NCBI GenBank assembly: GCA_963843795.1
Contig: CAWJLW010000006.1
Coordinates: 248,001-312,000 of the forward strand
Length of the DNA: 64,000 bases
Source of the DNA: an uncultured bacterium
Lineage (GTDB): Bacteria > Armatimonadota > Abditibacteriia > Abditibacteriales > Abditibacteriaceae
Reading direction: 5' to 3'
In this document: piece by piece, positions 20,868 through 31,105 of the stretch
How the letters are laid out: each line of letters opens with the position of its first letter
How positions within the stretch are numbered: the stretch's first letter is position 1
Notes under the pieces: model-generated
Databases searched by the model: none
What the model saw: only the letters and a program-made list of their open reading frames with translations
Told to the model about the DNA's origin: nothing
Program-made: the position numbers and the translations under genes

Positions 20868-21413
20868 TTGATGGCGGGTGAAATTATGTCCAGAGTTCCT
20901 TCCGATTTTCACGGTAACGGGCCAGAACAAACGCCACCACGCGCCTCCTCGCCAGCTTCCGACCACGTTACTGTGCATTCTTCTACGGAAGGCACGCTGC
21001 AGCGGCTCGAACTGCCAGGCACGCCCGAATCCATGCCGATTATTCGCCAGACTGTGGTTGAAGCCGCGCAACGCTGTGGTTTCTGCGACGAAGACGTAGC
21101 CAAAGTCGAAATGGCGGTCGGCGAAGCGTGTACTAACATCATCGAGCACGCTTATCGCACACAGCCTCTGAAAATGCAAATCGAAATTGAAGTGCTGGAA
21201 ACCCACGACCGTTTGGAAGTGCTAATCTGCGATTATTCAACGATCAATTTTCCCATAGATGATGCTTCCGGAATTTCTCTCGACGATTACATTGCCACCG
21301 GACGACAGCGAGGGTTGGGCTTGTATATCATTCGCTCGTTTGTCGATCGGCTCGAACATCGTTTCGTCTGCGGGCGCGGCAACGAATTAAGGCTAGTGAA
21401 ATTTTTCGCTTGA
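20868..21413 (+). CDS. Anti-sigma factor Ser/Thr kinase (RsbW-like HATPase)
   Basis: AVGEACTNIIEHAY, RGLGLYII; start uncertain. Confidence 0.88.
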   Translation: MMAGEIMSRVPSDFHGNGPEQTPPRASSPASDHVTVHSSTEGTLQRLELPGTPESMPIIRQTVVEAAQRCGFCDEDVAKVEMAVGEACTNIIEHAYRTQPLKMQIEIEVLETHDRLEVLICDYSTINFPIDDASGISLDDYIATGRQRGLGLYIIRSFVDRLEHRFVCGRGNELRLVKFFA

Positions 21414-21476
21414 TTTATGAAACATTAAAAGCGTGTGGCAAGTACTTGCGCAAGTACTTATCACACGCTTTTTACG

Positions 21477-21506
21477 TTGACAGCACAAGCGAGTTGTCCC
21501 TATAAT
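21477..21506 (+). promoter_or_regulatory. Consensus sigma70/SigA promoter of the ilv leader
   Basis: TTGACA (21477-21482), 18-bp spacer, TATAAT (21501-21506). Confidence 0.85.
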
Positions 21507-21524
21507 GAAAAGGACAACTCAATA

Positions 21525-21868
21525 AAGACCGTGAAGAGGAAGAGTAAGCGGACAGTTCGTTGAAGAGAACCGATTGAAGTGCTGAGAAATCGGTAGCGCG
21601 CCCCGCCCAAAGTCACCTCGGAGTCGCTTTCCCGAACCCAAAACCACGCTATGCATACAATGCAAGTACTTGCAACGCGTTAGGCATTAAGGAAAGACGG
21701 GTACGCCCGTGAAAGCGTTTAATGAAGTGCCCATTTTTCGGATGAAATCATCGGAGATTGGGAATGGCGGGTGGTACCGCGAGAGAAAATTATCTTCTCC
21801 CGTCCCGCGTTTTGGCATCAGGCTTGACGCTCAAGCAAGGTGCGAAACGCGAGACGGGTTTTTTTTTG
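21525..21868 (+). ncRNA. T-box riboswitch leader (probable Val GUC specifier) with transcription terminator
   Basis: Stem I AGGAAGAGTA...AGAGAA...GCTGAGA; specifier loop AAA-GTC-A (21612-21614); antiterminator GCGGG-TGGTACC-GCG...CGTCCCGC; terminator ending GAGACGGG plus T-run; precedes ilvB. Confidence 0.88.
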
Positions 21869-21899
21869 CCATATTGAGGATTGGAGAGACGGAGGAAAT

Positions 21900-23666
21900 A
21901 TGAACGGAGCCGAAGCACTGCTGGAAAGTATGAAACGCGAAGGTGTCGATGTGATGTTCGGCATTTCGGGTGGCGCAGTTTTGCCGATTTACGATGCATT
22001 GAGCAAACAACAGGACATTTGGAGCATCCTGACGCGCCACGAACAGGGCGCAGGTCACATGGCGCAAGGATATGCGCGCGCGACCGGAAAAGTCGGCGTT
22101 GCGCTAGGCACATCGGGGCCGGGCGCGACCAACTTGGTCACGGCGATTACCGATGCGTATATGGATTCGACGCCGACGGTTTTTCTGACCGGCCAGGTTG
22201 CCAGCGCCAACTTGGGCAAAGATGCGTTTCAGGAAGCCGATTTGTTCGGCATCACTATGCCGATTGTCAAGCACAATTACATGGTGAAGCGCACGGTTGA
22301 TATTCCGCGTATCGTCAAAGAAGCCTTTTATATCGCGCGCACCGGTCGCCCCGGCCCGGTCGTTATCGACATTCCCAAAGATATGGGCGAAGGCGAAATC
22401 GGCGAGTTTAATTACCCCGATGCCGTGCGTTTGCGCGGTTATAATCCCGAATTACCTGCCGCTGATGAAGCTATCAAAGCCGCTGCCGAACTCATCGCGC
22501 AGGCCAAACGACCGGTGATTTACGCTGGCAACGGCGTCAACGCTGCCGATGCCGCCGACGATCTAGCCGCTTTCGCCGAGAAAATCGGCTGCCCGGTAAC
22601 GACAACCTTGCTAGGTCGCGGCGCTTTTCCCGGTGGTCACGAATTGTCCCTCGATATGCTGGGAATGCATGGCACCGCTTATGCCAACTGGGCGGTTCAC
22701 GAATGTGACCTCTTAATTGCTCTGGGTGCGCGTTTCGATGATCGTGTGACCGGAAACCCGAAAAGCTGGGCGCCGGACGCCAAAGTCATTCACGTCGATA
22801 TCGATCAGGCCGAACTGGGCAAAATTCGCAAGCCGCAAGTGGCCATTTTGGGCGACGTAAAAACTGTCATCGCGCAATTGATTCAAGCAGTTCAGCCCAA
22901 AAAACACGACGAATGGAACGCTCGCGTGGCCAAATGGAAGCAAGACGCGCCGCTGACTTACGAAAAAACCGGCAAGCTAAAGCCGCAATTCGTGATTCAG
23001 GAAATGCAAAAAGCGACCCAGGGCGAAGCGATTATCACTACCGATGTTGGCCAGCACCAGATGTGGGCCGCGCAATACTATAATCCCAAGCGCACGCGCA
23101 GCTTCATCACGTCTGGCGGTTTGGGCACAATGGGCTACGGCTATCCCGCCGCAATTGGTGCCAAAGTGGGCTGCATCGACCGCGAAGTGTGGTGCATCAC
23201 CGGCGATGGCAGCTTTCAAATGAATATTCAAGAACTCGCGACCGGCGTGTTATACGATATTCCGGTGAAAATTGCGGTCTTGAACAATTCCAGTTTGGGC
23301 ATGGTACGTCAGTGGCAGAAAATGTTCTACGAGCGTCGCTGGAGCGGCATCGATTTGAGCAAATGTCCCGATTTCGCCAAAGTCGCCGAAGCCTATTCGG
23401 CAACCGGAATCACCGTGACCGAAGCCGACGAAGTGGCGGACGCAATTCGAGAAGCGCAAAAGAATCCCGGTACAGTGCTGCTGAACTTCATGACCGACAA
23501 CGAAGAAGACGTATTCCCGATGATTCCGGGCGGCAAAACCATTCACGACATGGTCTTAAATTCCAGCCACAAAGCCGTGCCGGTTCCCGGAACGGATGAA
23601 ACGATGGATTTGAGCAACACCTCGGAATGGACGGACGACATCGAAGCCGGAAAAATCAAAGCGTAA
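21900..23666 (+). CDS. ilvB: Acetolactate synthase large subunit
   Basis: RHEQGAGHMA, TSGPGATN, DAFQEAD, MLGMHG, GDGSFQMN, LGMVRQWQ. Confidence 0.96.
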   Translation: MNGAEALLESMKREGVDVMFGISGGAVLPIYDALSKQQDIWSILTRHEQGAGHMAQGYARATGKVGVALGTSGPGATNLVTAITDAYMDSTPTVFLTGQVASANLGKDAFQEADLFGITMPIVKHNYMVKRTVDIPRIVKEAFYIARTGRPGPVVIDIPKDMGEGEIGEFNYPDAVRLRGYNPELPAADEAIKAAAELIAQAKRPVIYAGNGVNAADAADDLAAFAEKIGCPVTTTLLGRGAFPGGHELSLDMLGMHGTAYANWAVHECDLLIALGARFDDRVTGNPKSWAPDAKVIHVDIDQAELGKIRKPQVAILGDVKTVIAQLIQAVQPKKHDEWNARVAKWKQDAPLTYEKTGKLKPQFVIQEMQKATQGEAIITTDVGQHQMWAAQYYNPKRTRSFITSGGLGTMGYGYPAAIGAKVGCIDREVWCITGDGSFQMNIQELATGVLYDIPVKIAVLNNSSLGMVRQWQKMFYERRWSGIDLSKCPDFAKVAEAYSATGITVTEADEVADAIREAQKNPGTVLLNFMTDNEEDVFPMIPGGKTIHDMVLNSSHKAVPVPGTDETMDLSNTSEWTDDIEAGKIKA

Positions 23667-23779
23667 ATCAGAAGGTACAGATAAGAGGAAACAGGGAAAA
23701 ATTCCGCTTCGCAAGTACTTGCAGGGCAGATCAGAGGTGACATTTTCTCCTGTTTTCCTCCCGTCTTTCAAAAGGAAAA

Positions 23780-24412
23780 GTGATGGAAGAAACCACGACC
23801 AACGCTCCGGCTCCCGCGCCGGATATGATGACGAAAAATGGCTTGCCGACGATGATCGCGCAATCGCCCGCGCCCAACGCGCCTGTGGAATTGCAGGCGG
23901 GCGTAAATGTGGTCACCAGCCGCGAAAGTTTGCACACGATTTCGGTTTTAACCGAAAACACGCCCGGAATTTTGGCGCGTGTCGCGCACGTTTTCGCGCG
24001 TCGCGGCTACAATATCGATTCGCTCGCGGTTTCGCGCACTGAAGACCCGACGGTTTCGCGCATGACAATTACCGTCGCGGGCGACGATGAAACTTTTTTG
24101 CAGATGGGCAAGCAGTTGTTCAAGTTGATCGACGTCATTAAAGTCATCGACCATACGCGCGACGATCTGGTTGGGCGCGAGCTTTCGCTCATCAAAGTCC
24201 GCGTCGATTCGACCCAGCGCGCCGAAGTAATGCAAATTGCCGATGCGTTTCGCGCGCAAATCGTTGACATCAGCGAAGATACATTAATGCTCGAAGTGAC
24301 CGGCAAAAGTGGCAAACTGGACGCAATGCAGCGTATGCTGAGCAAGTTCGAAATTTTGGAACTGGTGCGCACCGGCGTGATTGTCCTCGTGCGCGGCGAT
24401 AAACAAACCTGA
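23780..24412 (+). CDS. ilvN: Acetolactate synthase small (regulatory) subunit with N-terminal extension
   Basis: HTISVLTENTPGILARV, RRGYNIDSL, ELVRTG. Confidence 0.95.
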   Translation: MMEETTTNAPAPAPDMMTKNGLPTMIAQSPAPNAPVELQAGVNVVTSRESLHTISVLTENTPGILARVAHVFARRGYNIDSLAVSRTEDPTVSRMTITVAGDDETFLQMGKQLFKLIDVIKVIDHTRDDLVGRELSLIKVRVDSTQRAEVMQIADAFRAQIVDISEDTLMLEVTGKSGKLDAMQRMLSKFEILELVRTGVIVLVRGDKQT

Positions 24413-24417
24413 GACAA

Positions 24418-24453
24418 AATAAAGGCGCTGCAAGTACTTGCAGCGCCTTTATT
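24418..24453. repeat. 36-bp perfect palindrome centred on GCAAGTACTTGC
   Basis: aataaaggcgctgcaagt|acttgcagcgcctttatt. Confidence 0.9.
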
Positions 24454-24461
24454 CAAATTCT

Positions 24462-25277
24462 ATGAGCGTATTGGAATTCAAAGAAACTTCGATTCGATTT
24501 GGCGGCCTCACCGCCGTTGCGCCCCTCTCGTTCACGATTCCGCGTGGTCAGATGGCGGCGATTATCGGGCCGAATGGTGCGGGCAAAACCACGGTTTTTA
24601 ATCTCATCACTGGCGTTTATTCGCCCAGCGAAGGCGAAATCTGGTTCGATGAACAGCGCGTTGCCAGCACCGATCAATCGCTCAAGCCGCATCAGCTCAC
24701 GCGGCGTGGTATCGCGCGCACTTTCCAAAACATCCGCTTATTCGGTGATCTCAGCGTACAGGACAACGTGCGCGCTGCCTTCGCCTCGCGCGCCGAATAC
24801 GGCCTGAGCGCGACTCTTTTGCGCACCGCCAAACGCGCGCATCGCGAAAACGAAATTGCCGCACAAACCGACCAATTGCTGAAAATTTTCGATTTAGGGC
24901 CGCGCGCGCAAACGCTCGCTTGCAACCTGCCCTATGGCGATCAGCGCCGTCTGGAAATCGCGCGCGCGCTGGCGACGAATCCGAAACTATTGTTGTTAGA
25001 CGAGCCGACTTCGGGCATGAATCCTTCGGAAACTCAGGATTTGACACAGGTAATTTCGCGCATCCGCGAACAATTCGACCTGACGGTTTTGCTGATCGAA
25101 CATCACATGAGTTTGGTTATGGGCATTTGCGAGCGCGTGATTGTGCTTGATGGCGGCGTGAAAATCGCCGACGATGTGCCGACCAAAGTGCAAAACGATC
25201 CGCACGTTATCGCGGCTTATCTGGGCGAACCCGATCCCACCGTTGACCACGCCATCGAAGAAGCTCAAATGCACTGA
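24462..25277 (+). CDS. livG: Branched-chain amino acid ABC transporter ATPase (LivG-like)
   Basis: FGGLTA, GPNGAGKTT, RTFQNIRLF, LPYGDQRRLEIARAL, AAYLG. Confidence 0.88.
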   Translation: MSVLEFKETSIRFGGLTAVAPLSFTIPRGQMAAIIGPNGAGKTTVFNLITGVYSPSEGEIWFDEQRVASTDQSLKPHQLTRRGIARTFQNIRLFGDLSVQDNVRAAFASRAEYGLSATLLRTAKRAHRENEIAAQTDQLLKIFDLGPRAQTLACNLPYGDQRRLEIARALATNPKLLLLDEPTSGMNPSETQDLTQVISRIREQFDLTVLLIEHHMSLVMGICERVIVLDGGVKIADDVPTKVQNDPHVIAAYLGEPDPTVDHAIEEAQMH

Positions 25278-25311
25278 TAAAATGCGCGGCAAGTACTTGC
25301 AGGATGCAATT

Positions 25312-26061
25312 ATGAAACTCGAATTTCTTGGCACGGCGGGTTATCATCCCACGCCCACGCGCGAAACCAGTTGCGTGTTGGTTTCGGATGTCGCGCCGGA
25401 TGCAGCGTTTGTGCTGGATGCGGGCAGCGGCTTTCATCGTTTGATCGGGCGCGTTTTGCCACCGCGCTTGCACATTTTTCTCAGCCACGCGCATCTCGAT
25501 CACATTTGCGGCCTGACCTATTATCTCGATGTGCTGCATCGCCAAAACACCCAAATCAAACTTTATGGCGACTGTGCAACGCTGAATGCGGTGCAAAATA
25601 CGTTGTTCAATTCGCCGCTGTTTCCGCTGCTATGGCCTCATCCCACACAGCAGGTCTGTGCCGGGCACAGCTATGAAATCGAAGGAATCAACGTCGCGAC
25701 GCATGCGCTTGCGCATCCAGGCGGAAGTCTGGCTTATCGATTCGATTGGCCCCAAAAAACGCTGGCTTACGTCACCGACACTGTGGGCGACGGCGCTTAT
25801 TTAAATTTCGTGAGTGGCGCTGATGTAATGATTCACGAGCGCAATTTCAAAGACGGTCACGAAGATTTGGCGCACAAATCTGGTCATTGCACTTCTGCTC
25901 AAGCTGCTGAAATCGGCGCGGCAAGTACTTGCGGAAAGCTTGTCTTGACGCATTTTAATCCGTTGGACCATGACGATGATTTGTGGGACGAACCGTTGCG
26001 CGCGTTGGAAAAACAAGTGCCGGTAAGTTTGGCGTGCGATGGCATGACGGTTGAGTTTTGA
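25312..26061 (+). CDS. Metallo-beta-lactamase-fold hydrolase (RNase Z-like)
   Basis: FLGTAG, SHAHLDH, YVTDT, GHCT, LTHF. Confidence 0.85.
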   Translation: MKLEFLGTAGYHPTPTRETSCVLVSDVAPDAAFVLDAGSGFHRLIGRVLPPRLHIFLSHAHLDHICGLTYYLDVLHRQNTQIKLYGDCATLNAVQNTLFNSPLFPLLWPHPTQQVCAGHSYEIEGINVATHALAHPGGSLAYRFDWPQKTLAYVTDTVGDGAYLNFVSGADVMIHERNFKDGHEDLAHKSGHCTSAQAAEIGAASTCGKLVLTHFNPLDHDDDLWDEPLRALEKQVPVSLACDGMTVEF

Positions 26062-26076
26062 GGGTCGGGCTTTGAT

Positions 26077-26565
26077 ATGAGAATTGCGATTTATCCGGGC
26101 ACCTTCGATCCGGTAACAAATGGCCATCTGGATATTTTTGAAGAAGCGTCGCAATTGTTCGATCAAGTCGTGGGCGCGGTCGGCATTAATCCGGGCAAGA
26201 TGCCGGTATTTTCGCATCAAGAGCGTTTGCAAATGTTGCGCTCTTCAATCGAAGAACGTGGCTGGAACAACGTTTCGTGCGTGGCATTTGATGGTTTAAC
26301 TGTGGATTGCGCGCGCGAAAACGACGCGCGTTTCATTGTGCGCGGGTTGCGCGCCGTGACCGATTTCGAGCACGAACTGGCTTTGTTTTTGGCGAACGAG
26401 CAATTGGACGGCGAAATCAAAACCGTTTTCGTGATGCCAACGCACAAGTACTTGTATCTCAGTTCAAGCGTGGTGCGACAGGCTGCAGAAATCGGCCAGC
26501 GCATCATTCCGGGTAGTGTGCCGGATGCGGTCGAAACCCAACTGCGTGCAAAATTTAAATTTTAG
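26077..26565 (+). CDS. coaD: Pantetheine-phosphate adenylyltransferase
   Basis: YPGTFDPVTNGH, VRGLRAVTDFE, SSSVVR. Confidence 0.96.
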   Translation: MRIAIYPGTFDPVTNGHLDIFEEASQLFDQVVGAVGINPGKMPVFSHQERLQMLRSSIEERGWNNVSCVAFDGLTVDCARENDARFIVRGLRAVTDFEHELALFLANEQLDGEIKTVFVMPTHKYLYLSSSVVRQAAEIGQRIIPGSVPDAVETQLRAKFKF

Positions 26566-26602
26566 TTTCGCGCCCACCCGCAGGGCGCGAAACCGAATTC
26601 TT

Positions 26603-27307
26603 ATGCTTCAAATTGAAAATCTCAATGTGCATTATGGCGTGATTCATGCGCTACACGATGTTTCACTCCACGTCGAGCAGAACGAAATTGTCACGTTAAT
26701 CGGCTCCAATGGCGCGGGCAAGTCGACGACGCTTTTGGCTTTGTCGGGCTTGCTAACACCGACTTCGGGCACGATGCGTTTCGACGACGAAGATTTGCTG
26801 GCGCTTCCCGCCCATCAGCGCGTGATGAACGGTTTGGTGCAGGTGCCCGAAGGTCGGCGCGTGTTTCCCGAAATGACGGTTGCGGAAAATTTGGAAATTG
26901 GGGCGCACACACGGCGTGACAAGGTGCAAGTCGCGCAGGATTTGAACGAAGTGTTCGGCATTTTTCCGCGCTTGGCCGAGCGCAAAAATCAAGCAGCGGG
27001 CACGATGAGTGGAGGCGAACAACAAATGCTTGCTGTCGGTCGCGCGCTGATGAGTCGTCCGCGTTTGCTGCTTTTAGATGAGCCAAGTCTAGGATTGGCA
27101 CCGTTGTTGGTGAAAGAAATTTTTAACGTCATCCAAATGATTCGCGACCGTGGTGTCACGGTTTTGCTGGTTGAACAGAACGCGCATTTGTCGCTGGAAA
27201 TCGCCGACCGCGCCTATGTGCTGGAAACTGGCCGCATCGTGATGGAAGGCGTCGCCAAAGAAATCGCGCGCGACCCGCGCGTCAAAGCTGCTTATCTCGG
27301 AACTTAA
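26603..27307 (+). CDS. livF: Branched-chain amino acid ABC transporter ATPase (LivF-like)
   Basis: GSNGAGKST, VPEGRRVF, MSGGEQQMLA, DEPSLGLAP. Confidence 0.9.
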   Translation: MLQIENLNVHYGVIHALHDVSLHVEQNEIVTLIGSNGAGKSTTLLALSGLLTPTSGTMRFDDEDLLALPAHQRVMNGLVQVPEGRRVFPEMTVAENLEIGAHTRRDKVQVAQDLNEVFGIFPRLAERKNQAAGTMSGGEQQMLAVGRALMSRPRLLLLDEPSLGLAPLLVKEIFNVIQMIRDRGVTVLLVEQNAHLSLEIADRAYVLETGRIVMEGVAKEIARDPRVKAAYLGT

Positions 27308-27355
27308 AAAGAGAAGGTAAAAGCTTTTTGCATTGACCTTCTTCTCTCTTGCTTT

Positions 27356-28177
27356 ATGGAAATTCAAGTTGCCAATTATCGCGTTGGGCCGAAACAACCG
27401 TTGCTTTTAATCGCCGGGCCGTGCGTCATTGAAAACGCTGAACTGTGTCACCAAATCGCCGCGCAGCTTGTGCCGTTGTGCGCCGAGCGTGGCATTAATT
27501 ACGTTTTCAAGGCTTCGTTCGATAAAGCCAATCGCACTTCGCTGCATTCCCAACGCGGCGCGGGCATGGAGAGTGGGCTGCAAGTACTTGCGGGCATCAA
27601 AAGCGAGTTTGGCGTGCCGGTCACCACCGATATTCACGAGCGCGAGCAGTGTGCGCCAGTCGCCGAAATTTGCGATATTTTGCAGATTCCGGCTTTTTTA
27701 TGCCGCCAGACCGACTTGATTATCGAGGCCAGCCGTGCGGCTCAGCAAAATGGCGGCGCGCTGAACATCAAAAAAGGCCAATTCTTAGCACCCGAAGATA
27801 CGCGCAACATTGTCGTGAAAGCGCGTGAAAGCGGCTGCGAAAACGTGATGTTATGCGAGCGCGGCACGACGTTTGGCTATGGCAATTTAGTGGTCGATTT
27901 TCGCGGTTTGGAAATTATGCGCGAATGGGCACCGGTGTGCTTTGATGCCACGCATTCGGTGCAAAAGCCGGGCGGTGGCGGCGATAAAACGCTTGGAGAT
28001 CGGCGATTCGTGCCGACTTTAACGCGCGCTGCAATGGCGGTGGGTGTCGATGCGTTGTTTGTCGAAACTCATCCCGATCCCGATATCGCGTGGAGCGATG
28101 GGCCGAACATGGTGCCGCTGCACGAAATGGCCGCGTTACTGGACAGTGCGATTGCGCTGCGCAAGATGAAGACTTGA
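27356..28177 (+). CDS. kdsA: 3-deoxy-D-manno-octulosonate-8-phosphate synthase
   Basis: AGPCVIE, KASFDKANRTS, QIPAFLCRQTD, DATHSVQ. Confidence 0.96.
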   Translation: MEIQVANYRVGPKQPLLLIAGPCVIENAELCHQIAAQLVPLCAERGINYVFKASFDKANRTSLHSQRGAGMESGLQVLAGIKSEFGVPVTTDIHEREQCAPVAEICDILQIPAFLCRQTDLIIEASRAAQQNGGALNIKKGQFLAPEDTRNIVVKARESGCENVMLCERGTTFGYGNLVVDFRGLEIMREWAPVCFDATHSVQKPGGGGDKTLGDRRFVPTLTRAAMAVGVDALFVETHPDPDIAWSDGPNMVPLHEMAALLDSAIALRKMKT

Positions 28178-28360
28178 AGATAGCGCGGTTTACAGTGACA
28201 AGTAATTGCTGCAAGTACTTGCGAGGCATCGGAAACTTAATCGAGTTTGACGTCGTCCTCATGCTCAGTTACAATGCAGAAAGTAAGACTGATGTAAGTC
28301 TGTAGAACGATTCGCACAGTTCCCAACCGGATAGTTTTCTATCGCGCCGTTTGTCTATCT

Positions 28361-29785
28361 ATGAACAAAAAGTCTAAAGCCACGAAAATTCTACCGCCCG
28401 ACAATATATCAGACGTTGCGCCAGATATTACGAGAGCGACTGCCGAAGTTGCGCCGCGTTTTGCGGCTTCAGTCGAAGCCAAATCAGCTGCAAATGCAAA
28501 AGCTGCGTTGACGGCGGCTCGAGCCAAAACGGCAGCACCCACGTTTGTCACGGCTCCGGCGCAGGTGGCTTCGTCGCGCGTGCCGCGCTGGGCAATGACG
28601 ACTGGAATTAGTGCGTTGGTTTTGATGATCGCGGTGGGTGGCGTGGCTTATGGCACTTACACGAGCTGGGTAGGCAACGGACTGATTGCACGTGGTGTAT
28701 GGATTCAGGGTGTCGAGGTCGGCGGTCTAACGCAGGCCGAAGCCAAGGTGCGCTTGCAAAGGAAATTCGGGCGCGAAAGTGTAACTTTTCACACTGATAA
28801 GCGCGATTTTCAATTGAAATTGGATCAATTGGGTGGACAATTGCAGTTCGATCAAGCAGTGAAAAATGCTTATTGGTTCGGTCGTTCGGGTGCAGTGACT
28901 GGCAACGTGATGGAAATTTACGACGCGCGCTCGCGTCAGAAGCGCTTGAGTTTGCCAGTAAAATGGGATAAAACGAGGATGCGGCGCACCATGTACTCCG
29001 TCGCTGCGCAATTCCACGAAGACGCTAAAGACGCGCGACTAATTATGGGCGCGAGCGGTTTGGAAACCGTGCCCGAAGTTGCCGGACGTGCCATCAACAA
29101 CGGCGCAACGCTGTCGGCTTTGCAAAAGAATTATTACGCGGGTTACCACAAGCCGATTGACGCGACGATTAAAAGCGTCGAGCCGCGTGTTGTCTCGGCC
29201 GATCTGGAAGGCCGCAGCGTAATGTTAGGGAAATTCACCACGAGCTTCAACGATGGCGAGTGGGGCCGCACGCGCAATCTTCATGTGGCTTCGGAAGCCA
29301 TTGATGGTCAGGTTTTAATGCCTGGGGAAACTTTTTCTTTCAACCGAACAACCGGCGAGCGTACCTGGGATAAGGGTTATCGTATGGGCCATATTTTCGA
29401 GCGCAAGCCGGGAGCGGAAAAATCGGAAGTGGTTGATGGTTTGGCAGGCGGCGTTTGTCAAGTTTCGACGACCCTTTACAACGCGGTGCGCAGGGCGAAT
29501 AGAGCGCTTCCTAGCGGCGTCAATATCGGCATTGTCGAACGTAATTTTCATTCGCTGCCGGTCAGCTACGTGAGTTCTGGCATGGACGCGACCGTCGCGT
29601 GGCCCCACAAAGATTTGCGTTTTCGCAACACGCTGGAGTATCCGATTTTTCTGCGCGCCAGTATCGGCGGCTCGCGCCTGACCGTCAATGTGTGGGGTTA
29701 TGTGCCGCATAATAAACCGGCGCCGGTCAAAACCGTCGAAACAGACCAAACAGAAAAAGCATCGCGTCGGGCGTTTAACTTTTGA
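28361..29785 (+). CDS. Membrane-anchored VanW-family protein (YoaR-like)
   Basis: TM segment; RTRN, PGETFSFN, GGVCQVSTTLYNA, DLRFRN. Confidence 0.88.
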   Translation: MNKKSKATKILPPDNISDVAPDITRATAEVAPRFAASVEAKSAANAKAALTAARAKTAAPTFVTAPAQVASSRVPRWAMTTGISALVLMIAVGGVAYGTYTSWVGNGLIARGVWIQGVEVGGLTQAEAKVRLQRKFGRESVTFHTDKRDFQLKLDQLGGQLQFDQAVKNAYWFGRSGAVTGNVMEIYDARSRQKRLSLPVKWDKTRMRRTMYSVAAQFHEDAKDARLIMGASGLETVPEVAGRAINNGATLSALQKNYYAGYHKPIDATIKSVEPRVVSADLEGRSVMLGKFTTSFNDGEWGRTRNLHVASEAIDGQVLMPGETFSFNRTTGERTWDKGYRMGHIFERKPGAEKSEVVDGLAGGVCQVSTTLYNAVRRANRALPSGVNIGIVERNFHSLPVSYVSSGMDATVAWPHKDLRFRNTLEYPIFLRASIGGSRLTVNVWGYVPHNKPAPVKTVETDQTEKASRRAFNF

Positions 29786-29849
29786 AAGCACCGTTTGCCT
29801 GTGTTTGGCAACCCGAAATTTCGCAACCCGAAATGCTGCGGCCTTTCCA

Positions 29850-29885
29850 AAAAGACGCGCTGCAAGTACTTGCAGCGCGTCTTTT
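29850..29885. repeat. 36-bp perfect palindrome centred on GCAAGTACTTGC
   Basis: aaaagacgcgctgcaagt|acttgcagcgcgtctttt. Confidence 0.9.
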
Positions 29886-29941
29886 GTCATCTTTTGTCAT
29901 TTTTCTTTGCATCACATCCGAGCCAAATAAGAGAGCTAATT

Positions 29942-31087
29942 ATGAAAAAATCTTCTTCCACTTCGCTCAAAAATCGCGCGTTTCCGGCGATCACACTTTC
30001 CGTGTTGTCACTTTGGGCGCCAGCATTGTGTGCGCAGCCTTTGCCGTCGCGAGCACCGACAGTGATGGCGCAAACAGGGTGGAGTTTGGCGCCGATTATG
30101 GGCGATCCGCTGCAATGCGTGAGTGGTCAATGCGAAGCGGCGATTATGCAGGAAAAATTTATGGGGCGCACCGCGTTTCGGCTTTCCGATACGGCCAGCG
30201 AGGCGATTGTAGTGCCGGAACTGGGGCGCGTGATGAGCTACGGTTTGGTGGGTGGCCCGAACCTGCTTTATGTCGATCCCAAGATGACGCCCAAAGATGA
30301 TCAGTGGGCTAATTTCGGCGGCGACAAGATGTGGCCGGCTCCGCAAAGTCAGTGGGGCGTTTGGCAGAAAAGTGGTGGTTGGCCGCCGCCGCACGAAATC
30401 GACGGCGGCGCGCATGAATACGAAGTGCTGAGCGGTGGCAAATTGAAAACGATGAGCGCGGTTCATCCCGGAACTGGTCTACGCGCGGTGCGCGTTTACA
30501 GTTTCAACGAAAAAGGCGAGTTTGTTATCGAACAAACGTTGGAAAAGTGGCGAGGCAGCGCAGCGCGGTATTCTATTTGGAGCATCACGCAAATCGCCAC
30601 GCCGGACGCGATGTTTCTGCCCACCGATCCCAACAGTGCTTATCGCGATAGCTTCCTGTATATCGATGCCAAACGGAAAAATCTGACCGAAACTGTTAAT
30701 CTGTCGCCGACTTTGCTGCGCGCCGCGCCTTCGGACAAAAGCTCGTTCAAAATCGGCGTCGATGCGCCGCGCAATGTTATCGCCAGCGTCAAAGATGGCG
30801 TGGCGTTTGTGCAAAAAGCTGGACATCCCGAAGGCGATTATCCCGACGGCGCAGCGGGTGCGGGCTTTGGTGTCGAAATTTACAACAACGTCGCGCCAGC
30901 TTATAATGAGCTGGAATTGCTTTCACCATTACGGGTTTATCACGCCGCCGATGATAACGATAAAGGTCAAAAAGTTGGCAGTAGCTTCACCTACACCGTG
31001 CGCTGGAGCTTGTATCGATTGCCTTCAAAAGACATTAACGATGCGCGATTGGTCAAGGTCATTGAAGACATTTTCGCCGCCGACTGA
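29942..31087 (+). CDS. Secreted protein, DUF4380/mutarotase-like
   Basis: Signal peptide; VPELGRVM, NFGGDKMWPAPQ, ELELLSP. Confidence 0.7.
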   Translation: MKKSSSTSLKNRAFPAITLSVLSLWAPALCAQPLPSRAPTVMAQTGWSLAPIMGDPLQCVSGQCEAAIMQEKFMGRTAFRLSDTASEAIVVPELGRVMSYGLVGGPNLLYVDPKMTPKDDQWANFGGDKMWPAPQSQWGVWQKSGGWPPPHEIDGGAHEYEVLSGGKLKTMSAVHPGTGLRAVRVYSFNEKGEFVIEQTLEKWRGSAARYSIWSITQIATPDAMFLPTDPNSAYRDSFLYIDAKRKNLTETVNLSPTLLRAAPSDKSSFKIGVDAPRNVIASVKDGVAFVQKAGHPEGDYPDGAAGAGFGVEIYNNVAPAYNELELLSPLRVYHAADDNDKGQKVGSSFTYTVRWSLYRLPSKDINDARLVKVIEDIFAAD

Positions 31088-31105
31088 ATCTGGTTCTGGT
31101 ATTAA

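Noticed and set aside
28361..29785. Vancomycin resistance locus
   Set aside because: A lone VanW-domain protein is widespread; there are no vanHAX or vanRS genes.
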